Assembly: GCA_963747235.1 (NCBI GenBank)
Contig: CAVVEU010000040.1
Span: forward strand, 128,001 to 192,000
Length of the DNA: 64,000 nucleotides
Origin: an uncultured Candidatus Rokubacteria bacterium
Lineage (GTDB): Bacteria > Methylomirabilota > Methylomirabilia > Rokubacteriales > CSP1-6
Direction of reading: 5' to 3'
The notes beneath the pieces were generated by a model. The model was not told the origin of the DNA, did not search any database, and worked only from the letters and a program-made list of their open reading frames with translations. Every line of letters begins with the position of its first letter. The stretch's first letter is position 1. Position numbers and translations under genes: made by a program. Positions 48,551-61,383 of this stretch are shown piece after piece.

Positions 48551-49922
48551 CTAGATTCTCTCGAAGAGCCGCATCAGCTCCCAGTCGGTGACGGACTGAT
48601 CGAAGGCCTGCTGCTCGAGGCGCCCGTGCTGGAGGTAGTGCTCCACGACCTTGGGCCCGAAGGCCTCGCGCGCGAGCCTGCGAGCCGCTCGAGCTCGGCG
48701 AGCGCGTCCCGGAGCGTCTTCGGCACCTGGCGCGAGCCGCGTGTCCTCGTAGGCGTTGCCGTCGTAGAGCATGGCCGGCGGCGCGAGCTTCTGGTCGACG
48801 CCGTGGAGCCCCGCCGCGATGGTGGCCGCGAAGGCCAGATAGGGATTGGCGTCGGCGCCCGGGATGCGGTTCTCCACGCGGAAGCCGCCGCCCTCCCCGC
48901 AGAGGCGGAAGCCGCAGGTGCGGTTGTCCCAGCCCGCACGCGATGCGCGTGGGCGCGAAGGAGCCGGCCTGGTAGCGCTTGTAGGCGTTGACGGTCGGCG
49001 CGTAGAAGTACGCGAACTCGCGCGCCATCGCCATCTGGCCGGCCAGCCACTGCTGGAAGAGCGGCGTGCCCTGCCGGCCGCGTCCGGCCGCGAACAGGTT
49101 CTTCCGCCCGCGCCGGTCCCACACCGAGGAGTGCAGGTGGAAGGACGAGCCCGCCGCGCCCATGTCGTACTTCGCCATGAAGGTGACCGAGCAGCCCTGC
49201 TGCCAGGCGATCTCCTTCACCCCGTGCTTGTAGAGCACGTGGCGGTCGGCCATCTCGAGCGCGTCGGCGTAGCGGAGGTTGATCTCCTCCTGCCCCCGCC
49301 CCCACTCGCCCTTGGAGAACTCCACCGGCACGCGCGCCGCCTCCATGCCGTTGCGGATCGCGCGCACCAGCGGCTCTTCCTTGGAGGTCTGGAGGATGTG
49401 GTAGTCCTCGAGGTAGTTCGAGACCGGCGTGAGGCCGTGGTAGCGCTTGGCCCGCGCCTCGTCGAACGACTCGCGGAACAGGTAGAGCTCGAGCTCGGAC
49501 GCGGTCTTGACCGCGTAGCCGCGCTTGGCCGCGCGCTCGAGCTGACGCCGCAGCACCCAGCGCGGCGCCTCCTCGATGGGCTCGCCCTCCTCGGTGTAGA
49601 CGTCGCAGAAGACGAGCGCGGTCTTGGGCAGCCACGGGAGGAGCCGCCACGTGGTGAGGTCGGGCACCAGCTTCATGTCCCCGTAGCCGCGCTCCCACGA
49701 CGTGAGCTTGAAGCCGGGCAGCGGCTCCATCTCCATGTCCACCGTGAAGAGGTAGATGCAGGCGTGGACGCCGTCGTGCAGGACGTGGTCGAGGAAGTAG
49801 CGGCCGACGACGCGCTTGCCCATGAGGCGGCCCGAGGCCGTCGGGGAACACCGTGAGCACGGTGTCCACCTCGCCCTTGCGGATCAGCGCCTCGAGCTCC
49901 TTCGGGTCGACCCGTTCGGCAC
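48551..49922 (-). CDS. glutamine synthetase-family protein (gamma-glutamyl-amine ligase, PuuA-like; frameshifted)
   Basis: GYGD, APRWVLRRQ, ASELELY, GQEEIN, TFMAK, HLHSS, NAYKRY, ENRIPGADANPY and VTDWEL.R.FE. Confidence 0.9.
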
Positions 49923-49961
49923 TCGGCCTCCTCGCCTGCAGGATGATGCGGCGCCGCAATC

Positions 49962-51168
49962 TTAGCGGGGTACGCGGCCCGAGGCAATGACGGCGCCTGT
50001 CGGCAACTGGGCGGGATCGGGACGGGCGGGATCAGCAGGATCGAGGACAGGCAGAGACACCGAGGACGTAGCGGCCGGGGCGACAGCGGGGTGAGGTCGT
50101 CGAGCGGCGGCGGCGTGGTGGAAGCCCATGAGCAGGAGGATGAGCGCGCCGAAGACGAACCAGTTGGCCGACCGGAACAGCGCGCCGAGCGCGAGCGAGC
50201 CCCACGAAGGCGACGATGGACACCTGGCGGTGCCGCGCGCCGACGAGCGCGTACGCGATGCGGCCGCCGTCGAGCTGGCCGACCGGGAACAGGTTGAGCG
50301 CGGTGACGAAGAGGCCCACCCAGCCCGCGAGCGCGACCGGGTGCACGAAGACGTCCATGCCCGGCCGGGATGCGGCCCGAACACCATCCAGGTCAGAGGC
50401 GCATGAGCAGCGAGTCGCCGAAGGTCATGGCCCCGTGCTCCGGCAGCACCATGCCCACCCTCGACCACTGCAGGCCCAGGAGCCAGAGGGCGGGAATCGC
50501 CACCACCAGCCCCGCGAGCGGCCCGGCGACCGCGATGTCGAAGAGCGAGTTCCGGTCGCGCGCGGGCGAGCGCATGCGGATCATCGCGCCCAGCGTGCCG
50601 AAGAGGAAGATCGGCGGCGGCGCCGGGATGAAGTACGGCAGGCTCACCGACGCCCCGTAGTAGCGCGCGCCGTGAAGTAGTGGCCGAACTCGTGGGTGCC
50701 GAGGATGGCGATCAGCGTGAACGACGAAGGGCACGCCGTCGAGCAGGCGGAGCGGCCGGAGGAACGGGTCGAAGGTGACGAACGGGAAGGAGCCGCTGAT
50801 CAGGCAGCCCGCCGCGAGCGTGGACAGCACGGTGAGCACGAAGAGGAGGAGGTTGAGGCCCGGGCGCGACGGTCTCCTCGACGTCGACGAGCGGCACCGC
50901 GCGGATCCACACCAGGTCGCCCTGGCGGCCCAGGAAGGGCGTGTAGCCGAAGCGCTTCAGGCGCGGCTCGATGAGGGCGAGCGCGCGGGCGGGCGCCACC
51001 AGGAGGCGCCCGCCCCAGCCGAAGCGTCGCCCCCCGCACCTCCTGCCGCTCGACGCGGAAGACGTCCTCGATGTTGCGGCGCAGCAGATCCTCGACGACC
51101 GCGTAGCCCTCCGCGGGCACGCCGTTGATCCCGTGCCCGGTCACGAGCGGAAAGGGCCAGAGGCGCAT
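49962..51168 (-). CDS. site-2 protease (M50 family), heavily frameshifted; 3' end approximate
   Basis: HEFGH (read from 50683-50697), [30 protein letters not shown] and [11 protein letters not shown]. Confidence 0.85.
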
Positions 51169-51177
51169 GAACGCACG

Positions 51178-51631
51178 TTACCACACGGCCAGACAGGCGA
51201 CGGCCGCGCGGGCCGCGTCGAGCCCGCCTTCGAGATAGACGACCGCCACGCACCGCCTCGAGCGCGGTGGCGAGCACCGACTCCTTCTCGCGCCCGCCCA
51301 TCTGCTCCTCGCCGCGCCCGAGCCGGAGATGCGCGCCGAGGTCGAGCGCGGCGGCCCAGCGCGCGAGGTTCTCGCCCGACACGAGCTCGGCGCGCCGCGG
51401 AGTCAGCACGCCCACCGGCTCGTCGGGCGCGGCCGCCAGCAGGCGCTCGGCGACGACGAGGGCCAGCACCGCGTCGCCCAGGAGCGCGAGCGCGCTCGTT
51501 GTCGGGCGTGCCGGGATGCTCGTTGGCGTGAAGGAGCGGTGGGTGAGCGCCTGCCCGCAGGAGCGCGCGGATCGCGGAAGAGCGTGGCCCAGGCGCGCGC
51601 CCAGCACGCCGGCCGGGTCGCGGCGCGGCGG

Positions 51632-51635
<4 letters not shown>
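51178..51635 (-). CDS. rnc: RNase III nuclease-domain-only protein (no dsRBD), frameshifted
   Basis: [31 protein letters not shown] and VYLEGG, then a stop after about 150 codons; located right after fabF. Confidence 0.75.
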
Positions 51636-52890
<1,255 letters not shown>

Positions 52891-52913
52891 GCGCCTCTCC
52901 GTGCCCCCGACCC

Positions 52914-53150
52914 TTACGAGTTCTCCTTGATGTAGCTGATGGCGTCCCCGACGGTGGCGATCTTCTCGGCATCCTCGTCCGGGATCTCGAGGTCGAACTC
53001 CTCCTCGAAGGCCATCACGAGCTCGACGGTGTCGAGCGAGTCGGCCCCGAGGTCCTCGATGAACTTCGCGGCCGGCAACACCTCGTCCTCTTCCACTCCG
53101 AGCTGCTCGACGATGATCTCCTTGACCCGCTCCTCGACCGGCTTCGCCAT
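52914..53150 (-). CDS. acpP: acyl carrier protein
   Basis: [20 protein letters not shown]. Confidence 0.97.
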   Translation of the reverse strand: MAKPVEERVKEIIVEQLGVEEDEVLPAAKFIEDLGADSLDTVELVMAFEEEFDLEIPDEDAEKIATVGDAISYIKENS

Positions 53151-53187
53151 GCCCTCCCCTCCGTGAACTGCGATTGATTGATCGCAT

Positions 53188-53941
<754 letters not shown>

Positions 53942-53944
53942 GGG

Positions 53945-54900
53945 TCACGCGGCCGCGCCCCCGAGCGCCGCGACGGCCTTCTCGAGCGACGCGGGATCCT
54001 CCACCGCGTGGCCGCGCGCGCCGTCGAGCGTGCGCTTGAGCAGCCCGGTCAGCACGCGCCCGGGCCCGACCTCGAGGAATCCGGTCGCGCCCTCGCGGGC
54101 CAGACGCTCGCACGCAGTCGGTCCAGCGCACCGGGCTCGCCACCTGCTGGACCAGGAACGGCTTCACCTCGTCCGCGGTCCGTGGTGACCCCGCCGTCCA
54201 CGTTCCGGATGACCGGGATGCGCGGGTCGCTGCACCGCGACCCGCTCGAGCTCCGCGGCCAGCCGATCCGCCGCCGGCTTCATCAGCGCGCAGTGGAAGG
54301 GCGCGCTCACCGGCAGCAGCACGCTCTTCCGGCCGCCGCGCGCCGCGGCCGCCTCGACCGCGCGCTCCACCGCCGCGCGGTGCCCCGCGATGACGATCTG
54401 GCCCGGCGAGTTGATGTTGGCCACCCCCACCACCTCGCCCTGCGCGGCCTCCGCGCAGAGCTGCTCGACCGCGGCCAGCTCCACGCCCATGAGCGCGGCC
54501 ATCGCGCCGGTGCCCACCGGCACCGCCTCCTGCATGAACTCGCCGCGGCGGCGCACCAGCCGCACCGCGTCCGCGAAGCGCAGCGCGCCCGCGACCACGA
54601 GGGCCGAGTACTCGCCCAGGCTGTGGCCGGCCGCGAGCGCGGGCGTGACGCCCCGCTCGGCCAGCGCGGCCGCCGCCGCCACGCTCGTGGTCAGCACCGC
54701 GGGCTGGGTGTTGGCGGTCAGGGCGAGGTCGGCGGCGGGCCCCTCGAAGCAGAGCGTCGAGAGCGGAGAAGCCGAGGGCGTCGTCCGCCTCGGCCCAGAC
54801 CGCGGCCGCGCGCGGGCGAGTGCTCCGCGAGCGCGCGGCCCATCCCGACCTCCTGCGAGCCCTGGCCGGGGAAGAGGAAGGCGATCGCGCCGGCTACCAT
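53945..54900 (-). CDS. fabD: malonyl-CoA:ACP transacylase (frameshifted)
   Basis: FLFPGQGSQ, GHSLGEY, VSAPFH, SPVRW and EVGPG. Confidence 0.95.
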
Positions 54901-55877
54901 CGCAGCAGCGCCGCGCCCCAGGTGAAGCCGCCGCCGAAGGCGGCCATCAGCACGAGATCGCCGGACTTGAGCCGCCCGGTGGACCACGCCTCCTCGAGCG
55001 CCACGTAGACCGAGGCGGCGCCGGTGTTGCCGTAGCGCTCCACGTTGACCATCACCTTCTCCATCGGCACCTTGAGGCGCTTGACCGCCGCCTCGATGAT
55101 GCGGAGGTTCGCCTGGTGGGGCACGAAGAGGTCGAGGTCGTTGGCGGTGAAGCCGTTGTTCTTCAGGATGCGCTCGGCGCAGTCGCCGAACATCCGCACC
55201 GCCACCTTGAAGACCTCGTTGCCCTTCATCTTGGCGTAGTGCAAGCGCTTGATCAACCGTTTCATGACTCGCGGGACGCAGCGAGCCGCCCGCGGGCTGG
55301 ATGAGCAGGTCGCCGTAGCGGCCGTCCGAGTAGAGGTCGGTGTCGATGATGCCGGCCGCGTCGGCGGAGGGCCGGAGCACCGCGGCGCCCGCGGCGTCGG
55401 CGAGCAGGATGCAGGTGCCGCGGTCGGTGAAGTCGGTGATGCGCGAGAGGCACTCGGCGCCGATGCACAGGACGGTCCGGTACTTGCCGGTCTGGACGTA
55501 CTGGGCGCCGATGGAGAGGCTGTAGACCGAGCCCGAGCAGGCCGCGTAGACGTCCACCGAGCCCGCGTTGCGGCAGCCCAGCCGATGCTGGACGAGGTTC
55601 GCGGTGGTGGGGAAGTTCATGTCCCCCGCGGTGGTGCCCACCACGATGAAGTCGATCTCCTCCGCGGTCGACCTGCGGCCCGCTCCATCGCCTGCTGGGC
55701 GGCCCGGACGGCCAGGTCCGAGGTCGCCTCGCCCTCGTCGACGATGTGGCGCTCGCGGATGCCGGTGCGCTGGACGATCCACTCGTCCGAGGTCGCGACC
55801 ATCGTCTCGAGCTCCCGGTTGGTCAGGATTCGCTTCGGGGCGAAGGCGCCGACGCCGATGATCTGAGCCCGGTTCAT
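54894..55877 (-). CDS. fabH: beta-ketoacyl-ACP synthase III (frameshifted)
   Basis: [26 protein letters not shown] and FGGGFTWG. Confidence 0.95.
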
Positions 55878-56901
55878 TCCCGGCCTCCCTCCCGTCCCTC
55901 GGCGAGGACAGCTTCGGCCTCGAGCGCGGTCTTGATGTGCTGGTTCACGTCGTTGCGAACCCAGTCGGCGGCCACGCGGACCGCGTTCTTGATCGCCTTC
56001 ACCGGCGAGGCCCCGTGGCAGATGATCGCGGCCCCGTTCATGCCGAGCAGGGGCGCGCCGCCCATCTCGGTGTAGTCCACCCGGCGCTTCAGGCGCGCGA
56101 AGGCCCGCTTGGCGAGCGCGGCGCCCGCCAGCGAGAGCACGTCGCGGCCGAGCTCCTCGCGGATCATCGCGGTGAGCATCTCGGCCAGGCTCTCGGAGAC
56201 CTTGAGGCAGACGTTGCCGGTGAAGCCGTCGGTCACCACCACGTCGCAGCGGCCGTTGTAGATGTCGCGCCCCTCGATGTTGCCGATGAAGTTGAGCGAC
56301 GAGCCGCGCAGGTCCTCGAAGGCTTCCTTGGTCAGCTCGGTGCCCTTGCCCTCTTCCTCGCCCACCGAGAGCAGGCCGACCCGCGGATTGTCCTTGCCCA
56401 CGATGTGCGCGCGAGTAGACGTGGCCCATGACCGCGAACTGGAAGAGCTGGCGCGGCTTCGGGTCCACGTTGGCGCCCGCGTCGATGAGCACGGTGTAGC
56501 CGGCCAGGCTCGGCAGCGGCGCCGCGATGGCGGGCCGGTCCACCCCGGGCAGCACGCCCATGACGAACATGCTGATGGCCATGGCCGCGCCGGTGTTGCC
56601 CGGCGGAGACGATGGCCCCGCACTCGCCGTCCTTCACGAGCTCGGCGGCCACGCGGAGCGAGGAATCGCGCTTGCGACGGAGCGCCTGCGAGGGCGCCTC
56701 GGCCATGCCGACCACCTGCGAGGCGTGGCGCACCGTGACCGGCAGGTCCTGGGCCTTGAGCCGCGTGATCTCGCGCTCGATGGCCGCCCGGTCGCCCACG
56801 AGCACCGAGGCCAGCCCGAACTCGCGGCACGCGGCCACCGCGCCCTCGACGACGACGGCGGGACCGAAGTCGCCTCCCATGGCGTCGACCGCGATCTTCA
56901 T
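55874..56901 (-). CDS. plsX: phosphate acyltransferase PlsX (frameshifted)
   Basis: [33 protein letters not shown] and GGAPLLG. Confidence 0.95.
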
Positions 56902-56941
56902 GGCGCCGATCTTATGGCACGGCCCGGCTCAGCCGGAAAGA

Positions 56942-57124
56942 CTATTCGCCCTCGACCGAGATGACTTCGCGGCCCTTGTAGAAGCCGCAGTGCGGGCAGA
57001 TGCGGTGGGGCGGCTTCACCTCGCGGCACTGCGGGCAGAGGGAGCGCGTGGGCGCGACCATCTTGTAGTGCGTGCGCCGCTTGCGGCCGCGCGTCTTGGA
57101 GTGTCGTCGCTTCGGCAGAGGCAT
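56942..57124 (-). CDS. rpmF: 50S ribosomal protein L32 (Zn-ribbon form)
   Basis: MPLPKRRHSKTR...CPQC...PHRICPHCGFYKG. Confidence 0.97.
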   Translation of the reverse strand: MPLPKRRHSKTRGRKRRTHYKMVAPTRSLCPQCREVKPPHRICPHCGFYKGREVISVEGE

Positions 57125-57143
57125 CGGATGGCTCCTGTTCGGG

Positions 57144-57653
57144 CTATTTCGACCGGCCGGCCCAGTCCTTGAGGGCCGCCCAGCGCAAGTCGGGCGCGGG
57201 CGTCTCGCACGCGCAGTCGGTGGCGTTGCGGTTGCCGCCGCAGACGGGGCAGAGCCCCCGGCAGCCGTCCCGGCAGAGCGGCTTCATGGGCAACGCCAGG
57301 GTGGTCTCGGTCTCGAGCAGGGCGGTGAGATCGAGCGTGCCGTGCTGGTAGACGTCGGTCTCGAGCTCGCCCGCGCCCAGCTCCCGCTCCTCGCCGCGCG
57401 TCGCCGGCATGGGCACGAAGCGGGCATCCACCGCCGGGTGCACGGTCACCGTGTAGCCCTCGACGCAGCGCCCGCACGTGAGCGGGACCCGCGCGGTGAG
57501 ATCCCCGCGGACGAACACCGTGTCGCCGTCCTTCTCGACGGTCAGCGCGAGATCGTCGAGCGCCCAGGTGTGGTCCTGGAACGGTCGCGGGAAATCCGCG
57601 GTCCCCTCGATGCGCAGACCTTCGGGTGGAATGTCGGCTACCTGGATCAGCAC
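57144..57653 (-). CDS. yceD: DUF177/YceD family protein
   Basis: CGRC, PMKPLCRDGCRGLCPVCG.N.N..C.C and RWAAL; upstream of rpmF. Confidence 0.92.
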   Translation of the reverse strand: MLIQVADIPPEGLRIEGTADFPRPFQDHTWALDDLALTVEKDGDTVFVRGDLTARVPLTCGRCVEGYTVTVHPAVDARFVPMPATRGEERELGAGELETDVYQHGTLDLTALLETETTLALPMKPLCRDGCRGLCPVCGGNRNATDCACETPAPDLRWAALKDWAGRSK

Positions 57654-57709
57654 GTGAAGAACCTCGTCTAAGCTTCCGTCAAGTAAGGAGTTTTTCTTAC
57701 AGACGCGTC

Positions 57710-57738
57710 AGTATAAGCGTGGGGGTATGCCTTGTCAA
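57710..57738 (-). promoter_or_regulatory. near-consensus sigma70 promoter of the yceD-rpmF-fab operon
   Basis: Minus strand TTGACA (57738-57733), 17 nt, TATACT (57715-57710). Confidence 0.8.
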
Positions 57739-57766
57739 CCCAAAAGCCCGTAAACGCGCCACTTGC

Positions 57767-57795
57767 TTGACGGTCTGGGACTCGACTGCTAGCAT
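57767..57795 (+). promoter_or_regulatory. sigma70-type promoter of htpX
   Basis: TTGACG (57767-57772), 17 nt, TAGCAT (57790-57795); GGGAGG RBS downstream. Confidence 0.65.
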
Positions 57796-57816
57796 TCGGA
57801 CCGGGAGGACGAGCGC

Positions 57817-58690
57817 ATGGCAAATCTCATGAAAACCGGTGTCCTGCTGGCCGCCCTCACGGTGCTGGTCGTGCTCGTCGGCGGGGCGCTCGGCGGTCAG
57901 AACGGCATGGTCATGGCCTTCGTGCTGGCCATGGTGATGAACCTCGGCAGCTACTGGTTCTCGGACAAGATCGTGCTGGCGATGTACCGGGCCCAGCCGG
58001 TGGACGAGGCCACCGCCCCCGCGCTCTACCGGATCGTCCGGACCCTGGCCACCCGCGCCGGCATGCCGATGCCGCGGGTCTACATCATCCCGGGCGAGGC
58101 CCCGAACGCCTTCGCGACCGGCCGCAACCCGCAGCACGCCGCGATCGCCTGCACCGAAGGCATCTTGCGCATCATGAGTGAGGAAGAGCTGGAAGGCGTG
58201 CTGGCCCACGAGCTCTCCCACGTGCAGAACCGCGACACCCTGATCATGGCCATCGCGGCCACCCTGGCCGGGGCGATCACCTACATGGCCCACATGGCCC
58301 AGTGGGCCGATGATCTTCGGCGGCGGCCGGCGGGACAGCGACGAGGAGGGGTCGGGCGGCGGCGGCCTCATCGGCGGCCTGCTGATGATCGTGCTGGCGC
58401 CCATCGCGGCCATGCTGATCCAGATGGCGGTGTCGCGCTCCCGGGAGTACCAGGCCGACGCCAGCGGGGCCCAGATGGCCGGGCAGCCCTGGGGCCTGGC
58501 CAAGGCGCTCGAGAAGCTCGAGGTGGCCTCGAAGGTGGCGCCGATGGTGGACGCGACCCCGGCGACGGCGCACCTCTTCATCGTCAATCCGCTCACCGGC
58601 GGGGGCTGGACCACGCTGTTCTCGACGCATCCGCCGATCGCGGAGCGGGTGGCGCGCCTGCGCGCCATGGCCTCATCCCAGACCAGATAG
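57817..58690 (+). CDS. htpX: zinc metalloprotease HtpX (frameshift near 58308)
   Basis: [37 protein letters not shown] and FSTHPP. Confidence 0.95.
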
Positions 58691-58730
58691 GGCGCTCGTC
58701 GGATCCAACGCAGTCCTCAGTAGTGGGCCG

Positions 58731-58759
58731 GGGGAGACGGGACACCGTCTCCCCTTTTT
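58731..58759 (+). terminator. intrinsic terminator after htpX
   Basis: GGGGAGACGG-GACA-CCGTCTCCCC followed by TTTTT. Confidence 0.85.
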
Positions 58760-58766
58760 CGCGGAC

Positions 58767-59481
58767 ATGATCGCGGCGCGGGAGCTCCGGAAGACCTACG
58801 GGTCGAACAGCGTGATCGACGGCGTGTCCTTCGAGCTGGGCGCGGGCCAGTGCCTGGCCCTGCTCGGCCCGAACGGCGCCGGCAAGACCACGCTGCTCCG
58901 GATCCTGGCCACCCTGCTGCGTCCCACCGCGGGCACGCTCACGATCGGCGGCGCCGACGCCCTGCGCGAGCCCGAGCGGGCGCGCGCGCTCATCGGCATG
59001 GTGGCGCACGGCTCGTACGTCTATGAAGACCTCACCGCGCGGGAGAACCTGCGCTTCTGGGAGACCATGCGGGGCGGCGAGACGACGGCCGCGCGGCTCG
59101 ACGCCGCGCTCGCCCAGGTGGAGCTCGACGGCGTGGCGGACGAGCGCGTGCGCACGTTCTCGGCGGGCATGAAGCGGCGGCTCGGGCTCGCCCGCGTGCG
59201 TGCTGGGCCAGGCGCGGCTGCTCCTGCTCGACGAGCCCTTCACCGGGCTCGACCGGCGCGGGCGCAAGTGGGTGAACGAGTTCCTGCTGGGCTTCAAGGC
59301 CGCGGGCGGCGCCGCGGTGGTCGCGACCCACAGCTTCGGCGGCGGGCTCGGCGTCGCCGACCGCGTGGCCATCCTGGGCAGCGGCCGCCTCCTCATGGAC
59401 CGGCCCGCCGCGGATCTCTCCCCCGAGGAGCTCCATCGGCTCTACGAGAGCCTCACCGACGGCGCCGAGGGCGGCCCGTGA
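58767..59481 (+). CDS. ccmA: heme ABC exporter ATPase CcmA (frameshifted)
   Basis: [24 protein letters not shown] and [11 protein letters not shown]; first gene of the ccm cluster. Confidence 0.9.
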
Positions 59482-60159
59482 CCTACGCCCGGCGCGCGTG
59501 GATCATCCTCTGGAAAGACCTGCTGATCGAGCGGCGCGCGAAGGAGCACGCCAACGCGCTCCTCTTCTTCTGCGTGCTGCTGCTCTTCCTGTTCCAGTTC
59601 GCGCTGGGCCCGGATCGCGATCGGCTGGCCGCCGCGGTGCCGGGCCTGCTCTGGCTCGGGCTTCATCCTGGCCGGGCTGCTCGGCCTCGGCCGGAGCTTC
59701 CTCGGCGAGCGCGAGAACGACTGCTGGGAGGGCCTCGCGCCTCACGCCCGGCGACAAGTCGGCGATCTACCTCGGCAAGCTCGCGGGCAACTGCGTGCTG
59801 ATGACCGCGGTGGAGATCATCCTGGTCGTCCTCTTCGGCGTGTTCTACGACGTGGACCTGTGGACGCCGGCCGCGCCCGCTGGCCCTGGTGCTGGCCCTC
59901 GGCACGATCGGGCTCGCCGCGGTGGGCACGCTCTTCGCGGCCATGACCACGCAGGTGCGCGCGCGCGAGCTGCTCTTCCCGGTGCTGCTGCTGCCCGTGC
60001 AGGTGCCGGTGCTGCTGGCCACCGTGAGCGCGACCCAGGCGCTCCTGCTCGGCCAGCCCCTCGCCGACGTCGGCCCACTGGCTCAAGCTGCTGGCCGGCG
60101 CCGATCTGGTCTACGTCACGATCGGCCTCCTCACGTTCGAGTTCGTGCTGGAGGGCTGA
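59478..60159 (+). CDS. ccmB: heme exporter permease CcmB (frameshifted)
   Basis: WKDLLIE.R, PGLLW, IYLGK and RELLFPVLLLP..VP. Confidence 0.9.
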
Positions 60160-60163
60160 CCGG

Positions 60164-60805
60164 ATGACCCGCGCGCTCGGCTGGCTGACCGTGCTGGGCC
60201 TGGTGGCGGGCCTCGCCGCGGGCTTCGGCTACGCGCCCCGCGAGGCCGTGCAGGGCAACGTGCAGCGCATCATGTACCTCCACGTGCCGGCGGTGCTCAC
60301 CGCCTACCTGGCCTTCGTCCTCGTGCTCCTCGGCAGCATCGGCTACCTGGCCACGCGGCGCGCCGGCTGGGACCGCCTCGCCGCCGCGGCCGGCGAGATC
60401 GGCGTGCTCTTCACCGGCCTCACCATCGTCTCCGGCTCCATCTGGGGCAAGCCCACCTGGGGCACGTGGTGGACGTGGGACGCGCGCCTCACCTCGACCG
60501 CGGTGCTCTTCTGCGTCTACGTGGGCTACCTGCTGCTGCGCAGCCTGATCGAGGATCCGGAGGCGCGGGCGCGCTACGCCGCGGTGGTCGGCATCGTGGG
60601 CGCGGTCAATATCCCGATCGTGCACTTCTCGGTGAAGTGGTGGCGCGCGCTGCACCAGCCCTCCACCATCCTGGGGCCCGAGCGGTCCCCGATCGATCCC
60701 GCCATCGGCCTCGCGCTCTTCGTCAACTGGGTGGCCTTCACCCTGCTGTTCGCCTACTTCCTGTCGCGCCGGATGGAGATCGCCCGGCTCGAGGAGCAGA
60801 CCTGA
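60164..60805 (+). CDS. ccmC: heme exporter protein CcmC
   Basis: RIMYLHVP, WWD motif WGKPTWGTWWTWDARLTS and WWRALHQ. Confidence 0.95.
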   Translation: MTRALGWLTVLGLVAGLAAGFGYAPREAVQGNVQRIMYLHVPAVLTAYLAFVLVLLGSIGYLATRRAGWDRLAAAAGEIGVLFTGLTIVSGSIWGKPTWGTWWTWDARLTSTAVLFCVYVGYLLLRSLIEDPEARARYAAVVGIVGAVNIPIVHFSVKWWRALHQPSTILGPERSPIDPAIGLALFVNWVAFTLLFAYFLSRRMEIARLEEQT

Positions 60806-60940
60806 TGCCGTCCAACTGGGGCTACGTCTTCGCCGCGTACGGCATCGCCGCCGTCGCGCTGCTCGTCCTACTGGCGCCACCTGGCGCGCCGGACCCGCGC
60901 CCTCGCCACGCGCCGGGCCGCGAAGCCGCGGGCGGCATGA
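60805..60940 (+). CDS. ccmD: heme exporter protein CcmD (frameshifted)
   Basis: MPSNWGYVFAAYGIAAVALL, a short TM with basic tail, between ccmC and ccmE. Confidence 0.75.
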
Positions 60941-61383
60941 ACCGCAAGGCGAAGTTCCTCGCGGGCGGGCTCGTCATCGTGTGCGCGCTCGCGTATCTGG
61001 TCTACGCGGGCGTGACCCAGTCGGTCGTCTACTTCGTCACCCCGAGCGAGCTGGGCGCCGCGCCGGTGGCGGGCAAGGCCTATCGCCTGGGCGGCATGGT
61101 GCAGCCCGGCACGCTTCAGTGGGATCCCAGGAGCCTCGACCTGCGCTTCACGCTCTCGGACGGCCAGGCCACGGTGCCGGTGCGCCATCGCGGCACGCCG
61201 CCCGATCTCTTCGCGGAGGCGCGCGGCGCGGTCGTCGAGGGCACGTGGAGCCGCGACGGCTACTTCCAGGCCTCGACGATCATGGCCAAGCACTCCGAGG
61301 AGTACAAGGCGCCGCACGACGCGAGCCAGGCGGGCTACAAGGAGCTGCTCAAGACGCTGCGAGGCGCGGAGCCCAAGCCATGA
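60937..61383 (+). CDS. ccmE: heme chaperone CcmE
   Basis: YFVTPSE, RLGGMV, PDLF, VVEG and heme-binding AKHSEEY. Confidence 0.95.
   Translation: MNRKAKFLAGGLVIVCALAYLVYAGVTQSVVYFVTPSELGAAPVAGKAYRLGGMVQPGTLQWDPRSLDLRFTLSDGQATVPVRHRGTPPDLFAEARGAVVEGTWSRDGYFQASTIMAKHSEEYKAPHDASQAGYKELLKTLRGAEPKP

Noticed and set aside
57780-57815. CIRCE heat-shock operator before htpX
   Set aside because: Only a partial left arm (CTAGCATTC) with no matching GAGTGCTAA at 9-nt spacing; it overlaps the -10 box.
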